Source of the DNA: Malacoraja senta
Lineage: Eukaryota
Direction of reading: 5' to 3'
Assembly: GCA_038087875.1 (NCBI GenBank)
Contig: CM075978.1
Span: 100,130,001 to 100,194,000, forward strand
Length of the DNA stretch: 64,000 nt
The translations under genes and the position numbers were made by a program. Positions 37,619 to 48,798 of this stretch are shown here, piece after piece (positions within the stretch are counted from its first letter, which is position 1; each line of letters starts with the position of its first letter). Under the pieces are notes generated by a model, which had not been told where the DNA came from, made no database searches, and saw nothing but the letters and a program-made list of their open reading frames with translations.

Positions 37619-37856
37619 GGAGGACGTTGATGCCAACCGCTATCCTTCTTCCATCTACAAGGCAGAGTGTGAGAGCAAGCAATGCTTCAACATTCGTGGC
37701 TTCAAGGATCCAGATCTGAACACCCGTCTGGTCAAGCATGAGATGCTCGTCCTCAGGAAGAAGATGTCACATGATGACAAGATAATTTACCACGTGGAGA
37801 AACTCATGGTCCCTGTTGCTTGTGTCTGTGTCCGTCCGGATGTCGTGCATGCCTGA
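37619..37856 (+). CDS. IL17A/F: IL-17A/F-like cytokine, unit A, exon 3 (cystine-knot core); spliced product 158 aa
   Basis: Acceptor TCTCTTCTTGCAG|; DANRYPSSIYKAEC....C..DLN..EMLVLRK..VPVACVCVRP*. CxxxxC spacing without the CxC of IL-17B/C/D/E. Subtype assignment is tentative. Confidence 0.92.
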
Positions 37857-38646
37857 TAGAGCCAGCTGTAGGTGTGTCAAAGGATAGTCATGTCCAGCCA
37901 ACCCCAAGCCAAGTTGAAGCATATCCTTAAGCATTTTAAACTGGAACCAGAGTGGGGGATATAGCATTTGAATTGGAAGCCAGCCAAAAGTACCGCTGCA
38001 AAAGCACTCACTCCTCTACCCTGCCCCCACCCATTCCCCTCCCCCTGGGTAAGAGGAGGCACTGTCACCTTAGCATTGAAATGACCACCAACCATCCTCT
38101 GCCTGAGTATAATTGCAGTCAGAGGCATGAAGTTGGCTGTCCTGGAACCTGACTGGTGAGGATTTGGGAAAAACATGATGAAGCCAATTATCCTCAGCTT
38201 CTCCCTCTTAAATTGTTGCAGTAACATAGAAACATAGAGAATAGGTGCAGGAGGAGGCCATTCGGCCCTTTGAGCCAGCACCGCCATTCATTGTAGATAA
38301 CAACTGTGCAACAAAGAAACATAGAAAATTAGAGCAGGCCATTTGGCATTTCCAGCCTGCTCCCCTATTCAATGTGGCCATAGAGTCAGTCAGCACGTAA
38401 ACAGGTCATTCAGCCCAACTTTTCCATACTGAATAAGGTACACCAACTACGCTAGGCCCATTAACCCATGTTTGGCCTATATCCCTTGAAACCTTTGTAC
38501 CTGTCCAAATGCCTGTAAAATGTTACGTACCTGCCTCAACCAATTCTTTTAGCAGCTCATTCCACAAACATACTTTGTGAAAATGTTGCTCCTCGGGTTC
38601 CTGTTAAATCTTTCCCCTCTCACCTTAAACATGACCTCTAGTTCTT

Positions 38647-39087
38647 AACATAGAAACATAGAAAATAGGTGCAGGAATAGGCCATTCGGCCCTTCGAGCC
38701 TGCACCGCCATTCAATATGATCATGGCTGATCATCCAACTCAGTATCCTGTACCTGCCTTCTCTCCATACCCCCTGATCCCTTTAGCCACAAGGGCCACA
38801 TCTAACTCTCTCTTAAATATAGCCAATGAACTGGCCTCAACTACCTTCTGTGGCAGAGTGTTCCAGAGATTCACCACTCTCTGTGTGAAAAATGTTTTTC
38901 TCATCTCGGTCCTAAAGGATTTCCCCTTTATCCTTAAACTGTGACACTTTGTCCTGGACTTCCCCAACATCGGGAACAATCTTCCTGCATCTAGCCTGTC
39001 CAACCCCTTAAGAATTTTGTAAGTTTCTATAAGATCCCCCCTCAATCTTCTAAACTCTAGCGAGTACAAGCCGAGTCTATCCAGTCT
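38647..39087 (-). mobile_element. Young CR1 3' fragment nested in an older CR1 (copies at ~46216-46656 and ~58659-59099)
   Basis: Translation nearly identical to the CR1 at 602-1057; (CATAGAAA)n tail. Confidence 0.92.
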
Positions 39088-40011
39088 TGATTCCCTTACC
39101 CTGCAAAAAAGGCTTTGTGTATTCACCTATCTATTCATCTCATGATTTTAATGCACCTTTAAAAGATCACACCTCAGTATCTTGCATTACAAGGAATAAA
39201 GTCCTACCCTGCCCAACCTCTCCCTGCAGGTCAGTTAATGGCTGATCCTCAGTCTCAATACCACTTTCCTACTCTCTCCGGTCACCCCTCCACCTCCTTC
39301 AGTCTCCCAGCCTTCACTATAATCAGCTGCTTTGTCTGTACCTTGGCATGCAAAGGATATTATAGCTCCCAGCACATTAGAAACGGATGCCTCTCTCTCC
39401 CTCTCTTTGGAATGGCTCTGCCCCAGGTGCACTCACATCCAATACCAATTTCAGTCAGATAGTCACTGTATACAGACTATTGTAAGTACCAGTCTCAGAT
39501 CTTTGGAGGTTGGGTCATGTGCATTGGATCTATTCTGCAGCTGCTTCATGTCTCGAGAGCGCAGACTGTACACATAAAAATTTCTACGCAGACTATTCAG
39601 ATCATTTGCTCCCTCTGCGTTCCCTCTCATTGTTCTTCCAGCCAGGAAAGGAAAAGCGATGGCTTGGAGACAATAGCAGTCCCTGGGAACTGCAACTGGG
39701 GTCACAACGCATCAGGTGCTTGCAGGCAAATGCAGTCAACTGAATGTTAGCTTAGCAAGGCTTTTTTTTGCACAGTTCTTTAGAGGTGGACAAGATTGTG
39801 GTGGGTTCCGCCCAGATTGTTGAGATAGTATTATCGACAGCAACTGTAAGCTAAGATCGAGGGCATCAGATCTGCAATACAGCCAGTTGCTATTTGCTAT
39901 CCATTGTTGACTCTTCATTCTACCTGGGTGGGAAGCGAAGCAAGATCAGGAATAACCAGAGCTGGTCACCCTGGAGATCTGGGAATGTGAAGCAAAGGGA
40001 AGTTTGAGAAT

Positions 40012-40105
40012 GTATTAATTATTAATTTATTAAGTTATTTTTGATATTTATATGAAATGTTTCTGTCTAAAGAGCCTCACCTGTACAATTTAGTTTTAAA
40101 ATAAA
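40012..40105 (+). promoter_or_regulatory. AU-rich element cluster and poly(A) signal, likely the IL-17 3'UTR end (AATAAA copies at 47665-47670 and 60212-60217)
   Basis: ATTTA at 40025, 40046 and 40088 in AT-rich context; AATAAA at 40100-40105. Confidence 0.55.
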
Positions 40106-40831
40106 GATTATGTGTTGAGCATTTGCGGCTTCAGTTTGACTATCTTTTCTGGTTTCAAAGGCACACACACTATCAGAGCAACACTCTGGGGAAAGATGTT
40201 ACACAGAAGTACAATCCTATCGCTGGTCCTTCCAGCTAATAGTTCAAAATTCAGACTGCTGGGAACTGAAGGGTTCCTGTCATGTGCATTACAATTTAAG
40301 CATCTGATATAAATCTCAAGAGAAATGTCCCAAGGGGAGGCCATTCAGCCTATAAAAAGTATATGCTGTCTCCAGCAGGGCTGTCCAATATACCTGCAAG
40401 GGATTCTTGCACCAATTCACAAGAAAATCACCTATTTCACACCGTCTTCCTGGAAGTGTGCATACTCTTTACCTCAGTTGGTTATTCCATGATTGCACTT
40501 TAATATTTTTTGCACTACTTCACATTGAACATAAAAAAGTATAGCACAGGAACAGGCCCTTTGGCCCACAAAGTCTATGCTGAACATGATGCCCAGCCAA
40601 ACTAATCTCATCTGCCTGAGCATGATCCATAGTTTTTCTCTCTCCGTTCATACGGTTTGACCATCTGGCTTGCCAGACATCCCTCCATTTCACAACTGCA
40701 GGCAGCACGGTGGCGCAGCAGTAGAGTTGCTGCCTTACAGCACAAGGGATCTGGGTTCGATCCTGACTACGGGTGCTGTTTGACTGTAGTTTGTGCATTC
40801 TCCCTGTGACCACGTGATCTTCTCTCCAGAG

Positions 40832-43800
40832 ATGCTGCCTGTCCCGCTGAGTTACTCCAGTGGAGAAATCCATGATACTCCACTTACTTTGGTAAATATA
40901 TATGCCCCTAACTTTGATAACCCCCACTTTTTCAATAAAATTTTCAACATAATTGCAGAGTCAAACTATCAAAATGTTATAATAGGAGGAGACTTTAACT
41001 GTGTTTTAGATCCGTACTTAGATAAATCAAGTCAAAAACAGAGAGGGAATATGAAATCGAAAACTGGGGAACTTCTCAATACCTATATAAACAACACTAA
41101 TATAGCAGATGTTTGGAGAATTGTTAATCCAACTGGCAGGGAATACTCGTTTTACTCAATGGTACATAAGACATACTCACGTATAGACTACTTTCTGCTG
41201 GATACAAAATTAATCCCCCAAACATCTAATGCAATATACCACACAAACTCGATTTCAGACCATTCTCCACTAACTTTCTTTTTAAAACTGGAAGGATTGT
41301 CTAAGAATAAATCGTTTTGGAGATTTAATTCTCAAATTCTAAAAGATCCACAAGCGAGTATATATTTAAAAGAACAAATGGAGGTCTTTTTTCAAATAAA
41401 TGATACTCCAGATATATCGCCTACTGTATTATGGGAATCTTTTAAAGCATACATTAGGGGTATTATAATTTCATATCAAGCTTTTCAAAATAAAAAGAAT
41501 AAGAATGAACAAAGACAGTTAGAAGAACTTATTAGACAAATGGATATAGATAATGCTAAAGATCCATCAATAGATAAACATAATAAAATAATAATTTTGA
41601 AATTTAAATTAAATAAATTATTATCTGCCAAACTTATAAGACTTTTTCAAATTACAAAACAAGAGCACTTTGAATTTGGGGATAAACCGCATAAACGTTT
41701 GGCTCGCCAGCTAAAAAAACGAGAAAAGGAACATACTATACCAAAGATCAAATCAGATAAAGGGGAATTATTAACAACACCAAAGGATATTAATAATAGA
41801 TTTGCGCAATTTTATGAGAATTTGTATACATCTAAAACGACAAGTGATTCCAATAATATCACAAAGTTCTTGGATACCTGTAATCTTCCAAAGTTAGAAT
41901 TGAAGGAACAAGAGGAACTGGGTGCACAAATCTCAATTAAGGAATTAGAAGATACAATAAACTCACTAAAGAATGGAAAAACACCAGGCCCTGACGGATT
42001 TACTAATGAATTTTATAAAAGCTTTTACGATAAAATAATACCAAGATTACAAAAAATGTACCAATATGCTTTTAAAAAACGAATACTACCTGATACATTA
42101 GCGGAATCAACGATTACATTAATACCTAAGAAAAATAAAGACTTAGAAGAACCTGGTTCATATAGAGCTATAGCATTGTTAAATACAGATCAAAAAATAT
42201 TAGCGAAAACATCAGCTAGAAGATTAAGTAAATACATTAGTAAATTAATAAACCCAGATCAGACGGGGTTTATCCCTAAGAGATACTCATCTAACAATAT
42301 GAGACGTCTACTCAACATAATGCACTCACACAAATCTGAAGATCAAGAATTATCAATTATTTCGCTGGATGCTGAAAAAGCATTTGATCAAGTAGAATGG
42401 AATTATATGGACAAAGTATTACAAAAATTTCAACTGGGGGAGAATTTTATTCTATGGATCAAGTTACTATATAACAAACCTACAGCTAGAATACTAACTA
42501 ATAACATATTATCCTCGAAATTCCAACTATCAAGGGGAAATAGACAAGGATGCTCATTATCACCACAACTGTTTGCTCTCATTATTGAACCGCTAGCAGA
42601 AAAAATTAGAATACACCCTGATATCCATGGATATAATACTAAAGATTCATATAATAAAATATCTTTATACGCGGATGATATATTACTGTACATTACAAAA
42701 CCTCAAATCACTATACCAAATATATTAAATTTAATTGAAGATTTTGGATCTTTTTCTGGATATAGAATAAATTGGAATAAAAGTGAAATTATGTCAATAA
42801 AACCGAAAGATTCATCACATCTTTTAAAATTCCCTTTTAAAATAGCTACAGAAAAATTTAAATATTTGGGAATCGAAATTACCAGATCATATCAAGGTAT
42901 GTTTAGGGCAAATTTTGACCCCTTACTTAATAAATTAAACACACTAATTAAATTCTGGAAAACGCTCCCGATGTCTTTAATAGGCCGAATAAACGCAATA
43001 AAAATGATCTTTTTACCACAAATTTTATACCTATTTCAATCAATTCCTATATACTTAGCAAAGAAGTTTTTTAAAAAACTTGACTCAGATACCACTAATT
43101 TTATATGGGACTATAAATCACATAGAATACAAAAAACTCATCTGAATAAACCTAAAGTATTGGGGGGTCTAGCACTACCTAATTTTATGTATTATTATTG
43201 GTCAGTAAATATTAAAAATATGATTCAACTGATGGATAACTCCGCCCAGCAAGCGGACTGGATTGTAATGGAGAAAGAGGATTGCTCCTCTAGAAACATT
43301 GGAGCGATCCTCCTCTCTCCAATGAAATTGAATAACATAAATTATAATAAGAACCCAATTATTCATAGTACAATCCGAATTTGGAAACAAATAAAACAAA
43401 ATTTAAAATTAAGAAATTTATCACTTTTATTACCTATAGTCAATAATCCTTTGTTTAATCCTTCTATTATAGGTAAAGCTTATACACAATGGGATAGATT
43501 AGGAATTAAAACGCTTGGTGACTTGTATGAAACTGGAAAATTACTTTCATTTCAACAATTACAAATAAAATATAAACTCGGAAATAATCAATATTTTAAA
43601 TATTTTCAAATATGCGACTATTTGAAAAAATATACAAAAGATCATCATAATAACCCAGCAGATGTACTGGACGAGGCAATGCAGATAAAAGCGGAATCAG
43701 CAAACTTAATATCATATTTGTATAATATTATCTTAAATGCACAAATACCATCTACGGAGGGTATCAGAAGAGACTGGGAACAAGAGTTAGCTATTAAAAT

Positions 43801-44338
43801 TTCAAAGGAAAGTTGGAATGAATACTTATTAAACGTGCATAAATGCTCGATTAATGTAAGACACACTTTAATACAATTTAAAATTTTACATAGATTATAT
43901 TATTCGAAAACTAAAATTCATAACATTTTCCCAAACGTATCATCTATTTGTGATAAATGTCAATCCCAAGAAGCTACCATAACGCACTCATTCGTTTCTT
44001 GTACAAAAATTCAAAAATTTGGGAATGAAATTTTTGAAATCTTTACAAAGTTATTTAAAACAAGACTGATACCCAAAGCAGAATGGATTATCTTCGGTAT
44101 AACGGAAGATGGTCCAGAACTAAATGTGTTTCAAAAGAAACTAATGGACTATGGGTTAATAACTGGAAAAAAGCTAATTCTAAAATTTTGGAAGAAGGCT
44201 CCAATACCAACTATAAATATGTGGATTTCAAATATGTTTGAAACATTACACCTAGAAGAGATAAGACTCCTCCTAGCAGGTAAACCAGATCATTTCCACC
44301 TGACGTGGTCTGCACTTATAGAATTATTACAAACATAG
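40832..44338 (+). CDS. L1 ORF2 (APE endonuclease lacking its N-terminus, reverse transcriptase, CCHC); uninterrupted frame, in-frame ATG comes from the flank
   Basis: NIYAPN, GGDFN, SRIDYF, SDH; KTPGPDGF, SLDAEKAFD, GNRQGCSLSP, LYADD, FKYLG; CDKC..H....C. No stop over ~1160 codons. Confidence 0.85.
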   Translation: MLPVPLSYSSGEIHDTPLTLVNIYAPNFDNPHFFNKIFNIIAESNYQNVIIGGDFNCVLDPYLDKSSQKQRGNMKSKTGELLNTYINNTNIADVWRIVNPTGREYSFYSMVHKTYSRIDYFLLDTKLIPQTSNAIYHTNSISDHSPLTFFLKLEGLSKNKSFWRFNSQILKDPQASIYLKEQMEVFFQINDTPDISPTVLWESFKAYIRGIIISYQAFQNKKNKNEQRQLEELIRQMDIDNAKDPSIDKHNKIIILKFKLNKLLSAKLIRLFQITKQEHFEFGDKPHKRLARQLKKREKEHTIPKIKSDKGELLTTPKDINNRFAQFYENLYTSKTTSDSNNITKFLDTCNLPKLELKEQEELGAQISIKELEDTINSLKNGKTPGPDGFTNEFYKSFYDKIIPRLQKMYQYAFKKRILPDTLAESTITLIPKKNKDLEEPGSYRAIALLNTDQKILAKTSARRLSKYISKLINPDQTGFIPKRYSSNNMRRLLNIMHSHKSEDQELSIISLDAEKAFDQVEWNYMDKVLQKFQLGENFILWIKLLYNKPTARILTNNILSSKFQLSRGNRQGCSLSPQLFALIIEPLAEKIRIHPDIHGYNTKDSYNKISLYADDILLYITKPQITIPNILNLIEDFGSFSGYRINWNKSEIMSIKPKDSSHLLKFPFKIATEKFKYLGIEITRSYQGMFRANFDPLLNKLNTLIKFWKTLPMSLIGRINAIKMIFLPQILYLFQSIPIYLAKKFFKKLDSDTTNFIWDYKSHRIQKTHLNKPKVLGGLALPNFMYYYWSVNIKNMIQLMDNSAQQADWIVMEKEDCSSRNIGAILLSPMKLNNINYNKNPIIHSTIRIWKQIKQNLKLRNLSLLLPIVNNPLFNPSIIGKAYTQWDRLGIKTLGDLYETGKLLSFQQLQIKYKLGNNQYFKYFQICDYLKKYTKDHHNNPADVLDEAMQIKAESANLISYLYNIILNAQIPSTEGIRRDWEQELAIKISKESWNEYLLNVHKCSINVRHTLIQFKILHRLYYSKTKIHNIFPNVSSICDKCQSQEATITHSFVSCTKIQKFGNEIFEIFTKLFKTRLIPKAEWIIFGITEDGPELNVFQKKLMDYGLITGKKLILKFWKKAPIPTINMWISNMFETLHLEEIRLLLAGKPDHFHLTWSALIELLQT

Positions 44339-44727
44339 GGTGCAAAAGTACTTAAAAAAAAAAAAATTTGAGGTCAGGTAAGGGGGGATGATAGTTGAAG
44401 AGTTGGTATGTCCCATTTACGTAATGCTCATAAAAATATTTGTTTCTCTCTTTTTCCTCTTTCTCTCTTTCTTTCTTTCCTAGGGTCTATTTCTTAACTC
44501 TTTTTCTTTTGTTTTTAATTTTGCTCTTATAGGGTCTTCGTCCTTTTTTGTTGTCACATTTCCTACACTTTCACTTTTTCCTTCACTTTCTTCTTTCTTT
44601 CAATCTTTTCTTTTTCTAGTGTAAAAAATAAATGGAGTACATTAATTGTAAGAAGATATAAATGACAAGTACTAATGTATGTGGTTGTAATGTAATGTAC
44701 TTCTAATAAAATACAAATTTTAAAAAA
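40861..44727 (+). mobile_element. Young 5'-truncated L1-clade LINE with 12-bp TSD
   Basis: TSD GAGTTACTCCAG at 40849-40860 and 44728-44739. Empty sites at 48414 and 60947. AATAAA at 44705 and an A-rich tail. Confidence 0.96.
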
Positions 44728-45186
44728 GAGTTACTCCAGCATTTTCTGTCTACCTTCGATTCTTTCCAACACTCACTGGGTACCTTTGTATATCCACACT
44801 TCCCAATCGATCACCATTTAATTAATAGTAATATGTAAATGAACCGGCCTAAGGGCCGTTTTTGTGCCGTGTAGCGCCAGGCGATGATAACTTTTTTTTC
44901 CTGCCAGTGAATATCTTCACATTTATCGATGTTATTATAATACATTTGTCATGGTTTTGCCCATTCGCACAATTTCTTTTTTTAAATTATAATTTTATTG
45001 GAAGCAATTGTACAAAAAAGAATGACTTAACAGTTCTACAACTCTAGCACAGCTTCATTTTTTTTTAAACATTTTACAAACAGAATATTAAATTGATGGG
45101 CTGAAGAACCTGTTTCCACGCTAAACTAAACTAAACTAAACAGTCCCTATAACAACGTGATGGTTTACTAATTTCTCTTCTTGCAG

Positions 45187-45424
45187 GGAGGACGTTGATG
45201 CCAACCGCTATCCTTCTTCCATCTACAAGGCAGAGTGTGAGAGCAAGCAATGCTTCAACATTCGTGGCTTCAAGGATCCAGATCTGAACACCCGTCTGGT
45301 CAAGCATGAGATGCTCGTCCTCAGGAAGAAGATGTCACATGATGACAAGATAATTTACCACGTGGAGAAACTCGTGGTCCCTGTTGCTTGTGTCTGTGTC
45401 CGTCCGGATGTCGTGCATGCCTGA
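45187..45424 (+). pseudogene. IL17A/F: Orphan IL-17 exon 3 (unit B; no promoter, exon 1 or exon 2)
   Basis: Intact acceptor, open frame and stop; one M>V change (KLVVPVACVC). Upstream similarity to unit A stops at a junction at ~45097. Confidence 0.88.
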
Positions 45425-48400
45425 TAGAGCCAGCTGTAGGTGTGTCAAAGGATAGAGTCATGTCCAGCCAACCCCAAGCCAAGTTGAAGCATATCCTTAA
45501 GCATTTTAAACTGGAACCAGAGTGGGGGAAATAGCATTTGAATTGGAAGCCAGCCAAAAGTACCGCTGCAAAGCACTCACTCCTCTACCCTGCCCCCACC
45601 CATTCCCCTCCCCCTGGGTAAGAGGAGGCACTGTCACCTTAGCATTGAAATGACCACCAACCATCCTCTGCCTGAGTATAATTGCAGTCAGAGGCATGAA
45701 GTTGGCTGTCCTGGAACCTGACTGGTGAGGATTTGGGAAAAATATGATGAAGCCAATTATCCTCAGCTTCTCCCTCTTAAATTGTTGCAGTAACATAGAA
45801 ACATAGAGAATAGGTGCAGGAGGAGGCCATTCGGCCCTTTGAGCCAGCACCGCCATTCATTGTAGATAACAACTGTGCAACAAAGACACATAGAAAATTA
45901 GAGCAGGCCATTTGGCATTTCCAGCCATCTCCCCTATTCAATGTGGCCATAGAGTCAGTCAGCACGTAAACAGGTCCTTCAGCCCAACTTTTCCATACTG
46001 AATAAGGTACACCAACTACGCTAGGCCCATTAACCCATGTTTGGCCTATATCCCTTGAAACCTTTGTACCTGTCCAAATGCCTGTAAAATGTTACGTACC
46101 TGCCCCAACCAATTCTTTTAGCAGCTCATTCCACAAACATACTTTGTGAAAATGTTGCTCCTCGGGTTCCTGTTAAATCTTTCCCCTCTCACCTTAAACA
46201 TGACCTCTAGTTCTTAACATAGAAACATAGAAAATAGGTGCAGGAATAGGACATTCGGCCCTTCGAGCCTGCACCGCCATTCAATATGATCATGGCTGAT
46301 CATCCAACTCAGTATCCTGTATCTGCCTTCTCTCCATACCCCCTGATCCCTTTAGCCACAAGGGCCACATCTAACTCTCTCTTAAATATAGCCAATGAAC
46401 TGGCCTCAACTACCTTCTGTGGCAGAGAGTTCCAGAGATTCACCACTCTCTGTGTGAAAAATGTTTTTCTCATCTCGGTCCTAAAGGATTTCCCCTTTAT
46501 CCTTAAACTGTGACACTTTGTCCTGGACTTCCCCAACATTGGGAACAATCTTCCTGCATCTAGCCTGTCCAACCCCTTAAGAATTTTGTAAGTTTCTATA
46601 AGATACCCCCTCAATCTTCTAAACTCTAGCGAGTACAAGCCGAGTCTATCCAGTCTTGATTCCCTTACCCTGCAAAAAAGGCTTTGTGTATTCACCTATC
46701 TATTCATCTCATAATTTTAATGCACCTTCAAAAGATCACACCTCAGTATCTTGCATTACAAGGAATAAAGTCCTACCCTGCCCAACCTCTCCCTGCAGGT
46801 CAGTTAATGGCTGATCCTCAGTCTCAATACCACTTTCCTACTCTCTCCGGTCACCCCTCCACCTCCTTCAGTCTCCCAGCCTTCACTATAATCAGCGGCT
46901 TTGTCTGTACCTTGGCATGCAAAGGATATTATAGCTCCCAGCACATTAGAAAGGGATGCCTCTCTCTCCCTCTCTTTGGAATGGCTCTGCCCCAGGTGCA
47001 CTCACATCCAATACCAATTTTAGTCAGATAGTCACTGTATAGACTATTGTAAGTACCAGTCTCAGATCTTTGGAGGTTGGGTCATGTGCATTGGATCTAT
47101 TCTGCAGCTGCTTCATGTCTCGAGCGCAGACTGTACACATAAAAATTTCTACACAGACTATTCAGATCATTTGCTCCCTCTGCGTTCCCTCTCATTGTTC
47201 TTCCAGCCAGGAAAGGAAAAGCGATGGCTTGGAGACAATAGCAGTCCCTGGGAACTGCAACTGGGGTCACAACGCATCAGGTGCTTGCAGGCAAATGCAG
47301 TCAACTGAATGTTAGCTTAGCAAGGCTTTTTTTTGCACAGTTCTTTAGAGGTGGACAAGATTGTGGTGGGTTCCGCCCAGATTGTTGAGATAGTATTATC
47401 GACAGCAACTGTAAGCTAAGATCGAGGGCATCAGATCTGCAATACAGCCAGTTGCTATTTGCTATCCATTGTTGACTCTTCATTCTACCTGGGTGGGAAG
47501 CGAAGCAAGATCAGGAATAACCAGAGCTGGTCACCCTGGAGATCTGGGAATGTGAAGCAAAGGGAAGTTTGAGAATGTATTAATTATTAATTTATTAAGT
47601 TATTTTTGATATTTATATGAAATGTTTCTGTCTAAAGAGCCTCACCTGTACAATTTAGTTTTAAAATAAAGATTATGTGTTGAGCATTTGCGGCTTCAGT
47701 TTGACTATCTTTTCTGGTTTCAAAGGCACACACACTATCAGAGCAACACTCTGGGGAAAGATGTTACACAGAAGTACAATCCTATCGCTGGTCCTTCCAG
47801 CTAATAGTTCAAAATTCAGACTGCTGGGAACTGAAGGGTTCCTGTCATGTGCATTACAATTTAAGCATCTGATATAAATCTCAAGAGAAATGTCCCAAGG
47901 GGAGGCCATTCAGCCTATAAAAAGTATATGCTGTCTCCAGCAGGGCTGTCCAATATACCTGCAAGGGATTCTTGCACCAATTCACAAGAAAATCACCTAT
48001 TTCACACCGTCTTCCTGGAAGTGTGCATACTCTTTACCTCAGTTGGTTATTCCATGATTGCACTTTAATATTTTTTGCACTACTTCACATTGAACATAAA
48101 AAAGTATAGCACAGGAACAGGCCCTTTGGCCCACAAAGTCTATGCTGAACATGATGCCCAGCCAAACTAATCTCATCTGCCTGAGCATGATCCATAGTTT
48201 TTCTCTCTCCGTTCATACGGTTTGACCATCTGGCTTGCCAGACATCCCTCCATTTCACAACTGCAGGCAGCACGGTGGCGCAGCAGTAGAGTTGCTGCCT
48301 TACAGCACAAGGGATCTGGGTTCGATCCTGACTACGGGTGCTGTTTGACTGTAGTTTGTGCATTCTCCCTGTGACCACGTGATCTTCTCTCCAGAGATGC

Positions 48401-48662
48401 TGCCTGTCCCGCTGAGTTACTCCAGCATTTTCTGTCTACCTTCGATTCTTTCCAACACTCACTGGGTACCTTTGTATATCCACACTTCCCAATCGATCAC
48501 CATTTAATTAATAGTAATATGTAAATGAACCGGCCTAAGGGCCGTTTTTGTGCCGTGTAGCGCCAGGCGATGATAACTTTTTTTTCCTGCCAGTGAATAT
48601 CTTCACATTTATCGATGTTATTATAATACATTTGTCATGGTTTTGCCCATTCGCACAATTTC

Positions 48663-48798
48663 TTTTTTTTAATTATAATTTTATTGGAAGCAATTGTACA
48701 AAAAAGAATGACTTAACAGTTCTACAACTCTAGCACAGCTTCATTTTTTTTAAACATTTTACAAACAGAATATTAAATTGATATAAGGAAAAAGAGAC
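48663..48798 (-). mobile_element. Short L1-like 3' tail (also at 44977-45097 and ~61193-61329)
   Basis: Poly(T)-TTTTATTGGAAGCAATTGTAC resembles the minus-strand L1 tail at ~25300-25350. Confidence 0.55.

Noticed and set aside
40793-40860. ORF-track start of the 1181-aa ORF as a true L1 start
   Set aside because: These codons come from the SINE and pLTR flank and the TSD; the L1 begins at 40861 and lacks ORF1 and the endonuclease N-terminus.
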